DNA of 64,000 nucleotides from Styela clava (Eukaryota): NCBI RefSeq assembly GCF_964204865.1, contig NC_135263.1, positions 11,470,001 to 11,534,000 of the forward strand, read 5' to 3'. Shown piece by piece: positions 1 to 12,336 of this stretch (position 1 is its first letter; each line of letters starts with the position of its first letter). The notes under the pieces were generated by a model. It saw only the letters and a program-made list of their open reading frames with translations, ran no database searches and was not told where the DNA came from. The position numbers and the translations under genes were made by a program.

Positions 1-329
1 TGACTGCTTCTCAATATTATTGCCATTCCAAAATATCATTTTGCATTTACATGACACACTTACGTAGCTAAGTAGATGACGATTTGCGATTTATTTTCTG
101 TTTTGTTTTTCAATATGGTTTCAAAATTTTGTTTTATAATATTTGTCACTCTCAAGTTATCGGATAGGTGAACAGAGATAAATTTTGAGCAATTTTCCAC
201 AACATCAAAATATGATTAGTATTCGAAATTTCGTATTTCAGTTAAATTTCACACACTGTGAAGTGTAAGTGTGTGAGATATATTTTGTGTAAGATTTCTC
301 AATACGATTCCAGAATTTTGTTTCAATAG

Positions 330-1740
330 TTGTATGCCACACTTAGGTGGTCGGATATGCGGACATTTGAGATATATATTTTGTGTAATGTTTCTCAAAA
401 TTATTTCAGAATTTTCATTTCAATTTTTGCATGTCCACACTTAGGTGGTCGGATAGGTGGACATTTGAGATATACTTTGTGTAATGTTTCTCAATATGAT
501 TTCAGAGTTTTCATTGTGATTGTTTTATGCCACACTTAGGTGGTCGGATAGGTGGACATTTGAGATATACTTTGTGTAATGTTTCTCAATATGATTTCAG
601 AGTTTCCATTGTGATTGTTTTATGCCACACTTATGTGGTCGGATAGGCGGACATTTGAGATATATTTTGTGTAATGTTTCTCAATATTATTTCAGAATTT
701 TCATTTCAATTTTTGTATGCCCCACTTAGGTGGTCGGATAAGTGGACATTTGAGATATATATACTTTGTGTAATGTTTCTCAATATGATTTCAGAGTTTT
801 CATTGTGATTGTTTTATGCCACACTTAGGTGGTCGGATAGGTGGACATTTGAGATATACTTTGTGTAATGTTTCTCAATATTATTTCAGAATTTTCATTT
901 CAATTTTTGTATGCCACACTTAGGTGGCCGGATAGGTGGGCATTTGAGATATACTTTGTGTAATGTTTCTCATTACGATTTTGGAATTTTCATTTTAATG
1001 TTTCATGCCACACTAAGGTGGCCGGATAGGTGGACATTTGAGATATACTTTGTGTAATATTTCTCAATATGATTTCAAGAGTTTTCATTTTGATTGTTTT
1101 ATGCCACACTTAGGTGGTCGGATAGTTGGACATTTGAGATATACTTTGTGTAATGTTTCTCAATATGATTTCAGAAGTTTCATTTCAATTCTTGTATGCC
1201 ATACTTAGGTGGCCGGATAGGTGGACATTCGAGATATAGTTCGTGTAATGTTCTCAATATGATTTCAGAATTTTCATTTTTATGTTTATTGCCACACTTA
1301 GGTGGCCGGATAGGTGGACATTTGAGATATATTTTGTGTGATGTTACTCAATATGATTTAAGAATTTTCATTTAAATGTTTAATGCCACACCTAGGTGGC
1401 CGGATAGGTAGACATTTGAGATATACTTTGTGTAATGTTCCTCAATATGATGTCAGAATTTTCATTTCAATTTTTGTACGCCTCACTTAGGTGGCCGGAT
1501 AGGTGGACATTTGAGATATACTTTGTGTAATATTTCTCAATATGATTTCAGAATTTTTATTTCAATTCTTGTACGCCACACTTAGGTGGCCGGATAGGTG
1601 ACATTTGAGATATATTTTGTGTAATATTTCTCAATATGATTTCAGAATTTTTATTTCAATTCTTGTACGCCACACTTAGGTGGTCGGATAAGTTGACATT
1701 TGAGATATATTTTGTGTAATGTTTATCAATATTATTGGAA
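330..1740. repeat. Tandem satellite, ~15 copies of a ~95-bp unit (GCCACACTTAGGTGGYCGGATAGGTGGACATTTGAGATATACTTTGTGTAATGTTTCTCAATATGATTTCAGA...)
   Basis: The TTAGG core recurs at about 343, 441, 536, 631, 726, 825, 920, 1014, 1110, 1205, 1298, 1392, 1487, 1582 and 1676. Degenerate copies extend left to about 150. Confidence 0.97.
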
Positions 1741-2385
1741 TGCCATAATTTTGACTTGGTATTGATATCTTGACACTCACAACATAGCATCTGTTTAATC
1801 TATATGTTGCACCATAGGGTTGGAATAGGCGAACATTTGTGATATGCTCTGTGTATTTCTCAGTTTCAAATATATAACACGTTCGGATCAATTTGTTTCG
1901 ATTTGTCTACCTTCACGTTGCATTTCGAGTATTTTTTGATATGGAAGATTATTTCCAACACCAAACAAAGTGCATCTCCCTTGCACGAAAGACTGAACAT
2001 TGAAAAAGGAAATGCTATTTTTTGTGATAAATATTGCTAAATGGTTCGAATCCATCGGAAATTAAAGCAAGGTCATACGCTTTAAAATGCGTATTAAAAT
2101 AAAAGCAACATCATTTATGTAGACATCCAGGGCGACATATAAGAGGGGTCCGGCTTAGTGCCGAAATAGGCTAAAACATTTGGTGGTCTGAATTAAGTGG
2201 ACGAATTAAGCGGACAAAAATTTTATATCTGTTATCGAGAGGATTGTGTTGACTCTTTTTCTCCGTAGTTGTCAACGGCTCTCGCGCTCTCCAAGCACGT
2301 ATTCAAAAACAATGATACGGACACAGGAACGACGTCCGCTTAAGTACTGCAATTATGGCAGGTCCGTTTAACTACCGTAATAGAG

Positions 2386-2386
<1 letters not shown>

Positions 2387-2415
<29 letters not shown>
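2387..2415. repeat. (TA)n microsatellite
   Basis: Uninterrupted TA run. Confidence 0.9.
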
Positions 2416-2418
<3 letters not shown>

Positions 2419-2942
2419 ATATTTCTCCACCACTTATTTAGCTGTTCTACAATGTCATTGTCTTTGAGGACATACATATCTCAAGTACAAAAATAATCGA
2501 ATATAATATCTTCATACTATCCCCCGTACCTCTTGTCCATCGGCTTCGCGTTGGTTTCTCGCCTTGCTTTGTCACACGGTTTGCGAACGGCGTGGTGGTT
2601 GACCGTGGAGTTTCTGCAGTAAAATATTACAATTCAAATCGGTGCTGAGAAACCAAAACTGATTTAATGAGCCATTCTAAGTTCCGCTTTACGAGTACTC
2701 GTACTTGCACCTGCATGGCTTTATCTTTGAGTGGAGCATATAACCATTATCAACGGGATAACCGAATAGCTGCGACGCTACGCTTGGTCCTAGTGGGGCC
2801 GCCCGGCGCATGCTCGTCGCCTTCGTGTACGCCCGAGGCAATCGCCTGCGGTCGTACTAGGCTTTGACAGTCGCTGTCCGCGACGTCCACACACTCGCCA
2901 GGCAATGCCGGCCGAAGCGCTTTGTTTTTCGACTTTGCTTTC

Positions 2943-3554
2943 TCATGCCTGACCTTGCCCTTCGATATCCTGTTTTTCACATTGATCTGAATCACCGCCG
3001 AGACAGCAGTAAAATCCACCACGGCAACAGCATCCCACTGAAACACATGATTTGATATTCAGCATCGTAATATACCAGATAAGCTAACTATGCCAAATTT
3101 CATAGAGCATGGCAGCTAATATTGTGTCTCAAAATACTTAACTAGAACATTAAAAGATGTTCGTTTCGCTTTTCAGAAAATCAGAATTTCGCAACTCCAA
3201 AATATGGGACAATTTGAGCTGAAGAAGGAAAACTTGAATTTAATTAAAACTCTACTCACCTATACAGCGGTATCCATTCCCGCAGTGATCGTAGGCCTAT
3301 AAATAAAAACATTACTAAATTTTATAACTATATTCAATATAAACAGAGAAACGAATTTTCTAGATATTATTCTAACGGTTCATAGCAGATAACTTCAACA
3401 AAATAATTGGAGATCTGAACAAAGTAAAGTAAAGTATATCTTTGCATATTTTGCGATGAATCTACACTGATATACGCAACCCCCGGCACGCGTGATATTG
3501 ATACGTCAATATAATTTTTGTCAATATTTTCACGACATTATTGTCCGCTTTCAT
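2943..3554 (-). CDS. STMC6-like Cys-rich paralog A, with no TM exon found; secreted peptide or decaying gene
   Basis: Exon 3296-3260 (37 nt, ag/gtgagt) encodes AYDHCGNGYRCI. Exon 3037-2943 encodes (V)GCCCRGGFYCCLGGDSDQCEKQDIEGQGQA*. The 37-nt exon size and phase match paralogs B and C. A candidate first exon from ATG 3554 (MKADNNVVKILTKIILTYQYHACR) lacks the canonical phase-0 GT donor. Confidence 0.6.
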
Positions 3555-5973
3555 GATGGTATTTGCGTTTTATCACAAATTTCAGGGATTGCTGACAACA
3601 GACTTTGTGTTTGTTTGTCGTAATAACCATCTGCTGTGTCGTTGTTGGCAAATTAAAAGCCATTCTGGAACCAAACACAAAAAAATTATATAAAGGTGAA
3701 GAGAATGTAGCTATTAGAAAGGAACTTTCTCGTTTCGAAAAACAAAGTATTATTTTTCAAAAAATTCATTCGCAGTACAATTCAAAGTATGGAAAGTAGC
3801 TGTAAAATGCAGAATGTATCGCCAATCGTTGGAAGCATTTTACCGTTGGTAATTTCATTAAAGAAGTATTTATCGATTGTTCCCTTTGAGGATGTGCCAA
3901 ATAAAAATGTCATTCTCTGAGTGAGGAAAAGCGAGGGCAAGGATCCCACTGAAACATTGGGTTATTGTGAATATTTCTTTGTATATATAATAAAAATAAC
4001 TTCAATAATTTTTCGTGAAATATTACATTTAAGCATAACTTTAGGTAGTTAAACTATTGCCCCAGGTCTGATTATATAACGCAATTTTTCATCGGCCCGC
4101 AAACGTACATTTGGACATTAAATTTTAAAAATTGGCACACCGAAAAGAAAACGTAGCCGACCCCTGTCATAGAATATCTACATGACAATAAAATTTCTTC
4201 AAAAAAACTTTCACGTTTTATTAGGCCACCATAATATCTTAACGACATCTATACAGTGAAATTTTTAAAAATATGAAAAAAAATTCTAGATTTTTGTATT
4301 TTTCAATAAAAGTTCAACAACTACATTTATCATCATATGTAGTATAATCAAATATTTCAATCAATGGTATTCTTTCATGAAAGTTTTTCATTGCATTAAT
4401 ATCCAGTAATTAAAAATTGGGTTCTCCGAGTAAAATATTAAGCCATGAAAATATCAACAATGATTTTTGATACGTTTTCACGCCCTTTTTCACCACAAGG
4501 ATTTGTAGATGTAGCCAGCCGTAATAAGATGCTAATATTATAAAGAGCAGAATTTTTAATTCATGTTAGGTATTGCGTAGCTATTGTATCTCGTCTCGGG
4601 TCATGCGGGACTATACAGAGAAAAATACTGAAGTAATAAATAATTGTCTTGGCCTGAAATAAAAGTCATTCCTTTCTGACGAACGCGCACATAAAGATAT
4701 CTAATTAATTTTCGGTACAAATATTCTTTTTAATATTTGAGGAAAGGGGGAGGTTTGAGGCATGTTTAATAGGCTAGTGGCACCAAACTACGTTGTCATT
4801 GCAAGTTGGAAGTTCACGAAAACTGTGACAAATTAGGTAAGCTGTATTTCACTGGCTGCATTTGACAACAGCTATTTCTCATGGGTGTTCTTGTTCCAAC
4901 TTCCAGGTACCGTTATAGCACAAAGGACAAATTGCTGTCAAAATCAGATCCATAATGAGATACATAGCATATATATATTTATGTATTGTGAAGTTAAAAT
5001 TGTTCAAATATCTTGTTGGACAGGAATAATAATATACGTTAAAATTCCATAAACACAAAGCTCAATTATAATGTTTCAATTCAATATAGTATAGAGACTT
5101 AAAAAAAACTATATATAATAACATGAAATATGAGTTTAATATACATAACAGCGATGATCTTTGTTAGTCAATAGGGATATCAATAGTGGGTATATTTCTA
5201 CAGAGTTGTGAGCGGGCTCATCGTATAAGGACTGATCTAAGACTGAAACCATAAATACTAACCTGTACCAAATCATCATCATTGTGGGAGACCCACGCGA
5301 TGAAACAACTCAATCAATTTAACAGTTCATCATGTAAATTGTCAGTTATCAATTCTCGTGTTTGGATTACAACAAAATCGTATACTTAATCTGCGATAGC
5401 AACAATATCAGATAATCGTATCGTCAAATTTTCAAACCGATTAATTGATATCCATTCAACGTCCTTACCACACAAACACTAATTTACAGAAACATAAAAT
5501 AGTAAAATATTAAAATAGTATGTATTTTCATAGATGATCAATTTTTCTTGAAATCAAGTCTGACGAACTGGTACTGTTTGCTGCATGAAATGAAATAGTT
5601 TACGTTAGAGAGATTAAAAGAAGTTAGAAGACTCGAAGTATACGTAAGCCTAATTAACCAAATTTACTTTCTAACCCACTGTCAACATTGGCAAAAATAA
5701 TAGTATTTTGTTTTATATTAAAAGCTAACTTCGTAGTAAAAATGATGTCTAGAATTAACTTTGTGGTATCATTCAGCATAGCGTCTAGGTCGTGTTGCCA
5801 ATTTGGAATTGTAAATTGTTTATTTACAACCTTTTAAATTCGAAACTAGCATTTTAAAGTTAAGTTTGTTTCGCCTGAACTACTGCGAACATAATTTCTT
5901 TAGTATATTGTTAAACTTATATGACGTCATTCAATCATGTTTTGATGCATGGTTCGATGCACACAAATTGGTT

Positions 5974-7582
5974 TTATCTAATTATCGCCATGCGTTTTTT
6001 CCAGAAGCACCAAAAACCAATTGCGCATCCAGCTAGTACAAGCAGTACAACGACGATAATCCCGACCCCTAGTATAGAAATTACATATCTCAGATTCAAA
6101 TAGATAAAATTATAAAGTGAAGATAGTGATGTTATTTTTTCCAAAAAAAATATGATTAAAATTGATTCTATTTTCGGGCATTTTTGTTTTTATAAATAAG
6201 CTGTTTAATTTTTACTCGAGTTTAGAAAACTAATTTCTTTTTGAATCTCGAAAGGCGACTAATTAAATGGTAAATGATACAGATAAAATGAAAAGGTATT
6301 TACGGCGATATGGCTGAACATCCGATTACAACATTAAATTCGTTTTTTTTTTTAATTATATAATTAGAATGTTTATCACGTATTATATAAGGTCTAACTG
6401 AATTGTAATTCAAACATATATGTACATATTGATCACATTATTCTAGAAATAATTAGGCGGCCAAAATTGGACATGAAGCTTAAATTATATAGTAGAAAAT
6501 GAGAAAAATGAATATCATTTTGACTGTTTTAATATGAGCATATAATACTGGAGGTGGCAAATAGAAATATACTATAGGAATTTAGAACAACTTTTCCCAT
6601 TGCTTGTCGAACAAACACTCACACGATAAAGATCCCCAGTACAGCAATAACCCCTGCCTGTGCAGCAATATCCGGCTGAAAGTGAGAAATTGTTACGTTA
6701 TAACAAGACTGTGCACATCAATGTGTATAATTTAAATTGTGCTATGTTTTCATATTAGACAAATATTCGTACATACATGGCACACACAGTTTTATGAATG
6801 ACTTTCAAATAAAGTTCAATTTATTATTATGCAGTGAAAGTGTTAACATTTTAAAGCTTTTTACATTAACTAAACTTTTTTGTGTGACGCCTATGTTAAT
6901 GCATTACTATTGAGTTTGCATAACACAAATTCCAAGCGACAGAATTAAATTTATGACGGGAAGTTGAAGAATCCGACTTTTATGGTGCCATATTTGACAG
7001 TAAGCTTACATTGAGGGTATTGTATGATTTTATAAGGACGTAACATAAAACAAAAGGTTAACACACAACTATATCTCATAACTAACATATTTATATATGA
7101 TAAAATACTAATTCTCATTACTCACAATAACAGTAAAATCCGTTACCGCAATATTCATATGCCTGCGTACAAAATAAAAGTGTGGCTTTATTTTTTTACA
7201 CATACCAAAAAATGTCACATTTATAGAGATTCCTACCTACAGGGTAATTCCAGAACGACGAAGGGCAGTTAACTTCGAAAAAATATAAAGTTTTTAAAGT
7301 TCGATTATTCATTTTTGTTTTCTGAATGTTTTAAAAGATTCCTTCTCAGTAATTGCACGCTGCTCGAGTGACATATGTAAATAAATGTACTACAGCTGAT
7401 AAAATTGTTGTGTTCTCGATTTACTTTAGATATATATTTTTTGCTAGTGACTGTATATAATAAAAACATCCTACAACTAGTACATATTTCATTAGAAGCA
7501 AACGTATTATGTTTACCTGGCAAGCTACGAAGAACGTTGTTAAAAATCCGATAATACGAGAAAATATCAACCTCCCTTTCAT
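5974..7582 (-). CDS. STMC6-like (WBP1/VOPP1/TMEM92-like) single-pass protein, paralog B, short cytoplasmic tail
   Basis: Exons: 7582-7517 (MKGRLIFSRIIGFLTTFFVACQ, signal-like), 7162-7126 (AYEYCGNGFYCY), 6675-6623 (SGYCCTGRGYCCTGDLYR) and 6068-5974 (VGIIVVVLLVLAGCAIGFWCFWKKRMAIIR*). All have GT-AG boundaries. The exon 3 to TM exon join needs either a 10-nt microexon (6313-6304) or a weak alternative donor. Confidence 0.85.
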
Positions 7583-10038
7583 TTTGATGCGATTCCAGTG
7601 TAAATTGTAGTGTTTTAAATCTACAAATATACCAAAAAGGCTATTGGTCGAGGGCTAGGCATTACAGATTCCCAACACTTTTGTGATTATTTGTTTCATA
7701 CTATTTAATAGTATATAAGATAGCTATAATATTACAAATATGCACTTGGTAAGGTACAGAGTTGCCCGAACACTTTTCGCATTTACACAAAAACGTGAAA
7801 AAAAATCCAGGATTATGAAGTCAGCGTTTTGATTGAGCAAACAAACATTTTTAGCTTCAATCAAAGCAATACCACGAACATAAACCTATTCAATCGTGTG
7901 GATGAAAGCCTCTCGAGCTTCAAATAAATTTTTGCTGGAGTAGAACAATCATGTTGCTCGGGCTTTATCAAGAACACCCGCCACAAAATCTGGTCTTACC
8001 ACTGCTAAAGGATACATCAGAGTAACGACTCAGACAGACAATACGTTCCCATCGAGTGATACTCAATAAAAATACTCTGAGCGTATTCAGCGTCTGCAAA
8101 CATATACAGAAAATGAAATCATTCCACAATCTATATGATGAAGTTGTGACACAAAGATATATTATGTTTCCTATATCTCTGTATATAATACACTGTTGAT
8201 AAATTCATAAATTTGTTCGTGGATTGGAAGTAAATCATTTGCCATGAACTTTGTGTCAAGTTGATATTTTACTTCTATGTAAGCACACCTCACCAACAGT
8301 TCATTCCCGAATTCCTCTCATCAGTGGTTGTACTCGAGTACTTGATAACTTAAGTGTGCAGAAAAAGTAAGTCAATTTAATTACCATATATTGCTGACAG
8401 ACATGCTAGAAATTGATTGTAGTACAAGTAATCAATACCGAAAATGGAATGAAATCATTACCGTGATTATTCAACAGACTTCACTTGTCATCAATGTTAT
8501 CATACCCAGGAAGAAGTGTAATTCATAAGACGTTATTTTCTACAGTGTTCACGTTGTGTACAGTAATTTTGATGAATTGGTAACAAAATTTTTCATTGTT
8601 CGCAACCTCTATACTCCATATTCTATCCAATCCAATCTTGTTAGGACGAAAAGTTGAAGTCGTCCCATGCTCTCGAAATAACACGCATCTCTTTGGGCAT
8701 TTACCAAACCTCCAAAAGATTTATTAACGAAAAATATCACACTTGTTCAATTAGTTATAAGAATTTGCTCAGGGTTACGGGCCCTCATCTGGATGGAGAT
8801 AATACTTATATACTGTTATACTGTTACCGTCGGCAACTGGAAAGTCAAAAGTTAATGAAACTATTTAGATTAATGGTAGTACATTACATGTAAATGCCCA
8901 ATACCACAAAATAGTTCAATACCAAAACTAAATTGACATTCATAAGCTAATTAATTTCACGTAACTAAGTTCTCGGTTTAATCGTGACGAAAAAAAATTA
9001 GTTATTTTCTGATTAATTTTCCAAAATTCGTGAATCGTTGATAAACTGAAAAATTCGGCATTTCATGTGTAGCTCATCCTTCAAAATTTCTTCATTGACC
9101 ATATCCTTAATATTATGTTTACTGTAGTTGTCAATATATCGAGTTAGTGCTGAAAAATGCATCTTATGATAGTCGCTCCCAGTCGAATAGAACACTCATT
9201 TAAATTATAACCCCGAAGAATCATGTTAAATTATTGAAATATATATATATATAGAAAAAAACATTGATACCAAGTAGAAAAAAATCCTATTGAAGTGAAT
9301 TGTCAACAAAATGATTCCCAATATATTTTTTTGCTTGCTGTAACATTTATTGTCATTTATAAACAATGACGGTCTACATATCATCCATACACTTTTCGAA
9401 AGTGATCGTTGTGACGAAAACTACATTGCATACAAATGTTAGTTCCATGTAGACGCTGCTATTAAAGACTTTTTAATGGAGCAGCGATAGTATTGCAAAT
9501 CTAGCAAAATTCTATCAAATAAAAATAGACGCTTAGATTAAAAGTTTCATTAACATAAAAATTTCAGTTACTTTACTAATTTTGTACATTGTTTTTTCTA
9601 ATAACTAATATGCTAATAGATCCTGCAGGAAAATAGCGTTGTCGTATGATTCAGTCATCTTCCGTGATGATGTCATCAGATTTGTTCGTGACTAACTCAA
9701 TAGATATTGGATCATATCTTAATGGTGTTTTGAATTTTGACATAATAATATTTTCTTAATTAAAAATTAATTTTCAAATAATTGTATATTATTCTAAGAT
9801 ATGGTTATATAGCTCTGCATTGGCCTCTCCCCATTTAGATAGACCAACTTTTAAAGACTTTAGTTTAGGGAATTATATACACCAAATTGAATTTTAATAA
9901 GAGTAAGGCATTACCGTGTGTAATTTATTAAGATTTTCAATATCCAACATTGGAATCTTGGTAAATAATATTATTTGACACAAATAGTGGTAATAATTTA
10001 TTTTATACAGCGTATAGACGACAACTTGACATTGTCGC

Positions 10039-11562
10039 ATGGATTTGAACATGATTTATCTTCGTTTCATTGTCTCGGTATCAACTTTGTTGAACTATTG
10101 CCAGGTACCTTGCTTTTGTACAATAATAAATAACGTTAAAAAAATACTAGATTTCAGTTCAATCACACATTGTTAATGACTTATTCTAAGAAAACAAAAA
10201 AATTTATTTTTTCACGAAACTCTTAGTGAAAGTTACCACACTATGATACAACACTATGTTGAAGCGAAAAAGAAACATTTTTATTGCCATACACCTGTCT
10301 TGTTCTGTTCCAACATGCTTGTATTCATGATCATATAGCGAGCGGTATCACAGGAGTAGCCAAATGCTCACACGACTGGATTGGTTATGGCTTAAAAAGA
10401 ACTAATTTTTTAATTTTCTCCATAGGCGTATGAAAGTTGTGGCGGAGGATATTACTGTAACAGTGAGTACGAAATTAAATGCCAGAAAATCCTGCATTTT
10501 TGCTAATTTCAAATCATACATTCAAATGCACTCAATTTTTAAATATATTAATGATTCGGATTTATAAAAAAAAATCGGATTTCAGAGAGCCAATTTGTGA
10601 TTTTTGTAGAATCTATCAATGAAGTGCTAGCTATGTGTACACTCTACACCCATAGTGCTAACCGCTTCCCCATACTCTTTCTGCTTCTTTTGAAGAACCT
10701 CCGCTTGGATGAATCTCTAATGTGTTCGTCGTACAAAGTATTAATAAAGTTCCACTTTACGATATTCTACGGCTACGCTTATGTAAAAAGTACTCTATTT
10801 TTAGCCGGATACTGCTGCAGGGGCGGAGTCTATTGCTGCACATACAACACTGGAACGTCTGGAGGATCTCTGTGGTGTAAGATGTTATATATTGGCCAAA
10901 CAGTGACTACGCTTTTAAACAATCCATATTTTGCAGCAACTCGTATATAAACATTAAATGTTATTAATTGATATAGTTGGTCGCTCAGTGATGGTTGATT
11001 TTGAATTTGAATAAGGCTTTCCAAGTGTTATTTGTGCATCGATAACAACAAACAAACGGAATTTCTAATGGGTAATATATAACCCTGTATCTGGAAGCAC
11101 CAACTTCGCATCAACCCAATACTTTTTTTTTTAATCTGTTGTCATAGTTATACGAATCATTTTTATTTAACAGGGGTTAGTCTTATCGTCTTTTTTCTGC
11201 TGGCAATATGTGCCGTAGTTGGATGGTGGTGCCGACGAAGAAGAAATGCGGTTCCCGTTCAGGTTCCAACTACCGCCGTCTTCACGACATCTCAACCTTA
11301 TAACCCTGCACCGCCGTATGTTGCAACGGTATGGGATATATTTTGACAAACATATTTTCTATTGAATAAGTAAAAAGTGGGAATGCAGCCTTGGGTTAAG
11401 TATCGTTTGATATAGATGCTGCAGTTCAGATAAATCTTCGTATAATTATTATAAAAGCGCAAGGGTATTGATCTATGGAATCGACAAACAAAAGTGCTAT
11501 TCGTGTCATAGAGATTATTCATGTCTTTTTTTCAGCAGACAACAACTACTGCTCAGACCTGA
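10039..11562 (+). CDS. STMC6-like (WBP1/VOPP1/TMEM92/CYYR1-like) single-pass protein, paralog C, ~118 aa
   Basis: Exons 10039-10104, 10426-10462, 10805-10876, 11174-11328 and 11536-11562 join in frame: MDLNMIYLRFIVSVSTLLNYCQ-AYESCGGGYYCNTGYCCRGGVYCCTYNTGTSGGSLWWVSLIVFFLLAICAVVGWWCRRRRNAVPVQVPTTAVFTTSQPYNPAPPYVATQTTTTAQT*. This gives a signal peptide, C-C-CC-CC ectodomain, TM helix, basic stop-transfer and Pro/Tyr tail. Confidence 0.9.
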
Positions 11563-12336
11563 TCATTGACGTGACAAATGATTGTTAACAAAAAATAGAT
11601 GAATTTTACTAATTTTCATTATCCGTATTTAATTAAATGAACATAATTTTATGTGAATGCAATATTTATACCCCTACATATATTTTCCTCATTTTTATTC
11701 CTCGCTAAGTGGCTTTATCAACGTCATAACGTACCGCAGTTTTCAAAGTGGACGATGCCGTCTCGAAATTAATTAACTACATGGTGTTTGTTGTTTTCTA
11801 GGATGTTTTTTAAACATGCATTGCTCAAGACAAATACGCCACGCATATATGTATATATAATTCTTGGGTGGACTTTGTTCTGATTCTGTATTGCAAGTTG
11901 CATAAAATGTATAAATTGTATAAAATGTGGAATGTTTTGTGACAACTTGTAAGATAATTTTGGCACTGGGACTCCGGTACTGAGTTGACCAATTTTATGT
12001 GTATCAGAAGTCAGTATATTATCAAAATTTATTTCGAATCAGATACGATGTGATTAATTTTTTACTTTTTCCTAACATATAAGTTAGCAAACAGCAAATA
12101 TATATCTATTAAGTTATTACAATAATAAAAAAAAAATGAAAAATCGAAGACGTGTTTTTCACTGAGCGTTTATATCCAGGATTTTATTTAGTCAAATCGT
12201 AGCCAGCCTTTTGTCAATTCCACATAGCAAAATTTCTTTAATAATATATGAAATCACAAGTGACTATAACATATTAAATTAATATACAAATTAACAAGTG
12301 ACTATAACATAAATCCGTTCACGTCAGATACTGGTA

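Noticed and set aside
330-1740. CRISPR-like array
   Set aside because: The inter-repeat segments are homologous rather than unique spacers, the context is eukaryotic, and there are no cas genes. ORFs 330-539 and 1676-1891 are repeat artefacts.
2750-3046. 98-aa ORF with an RTKR site as a neuropeptide precursor
   Set aside because: It has no true ATG or signal peptide, and its 5' part overlaps the Cys exon in another frame that is supported by paralogy.
7750-9200. Possible decayed coding sequence on the minus strand between paralogs B and C
   Set aside because: There are short protein-like stretches but many stops and no motif I can assign. BLASTx would be needed.
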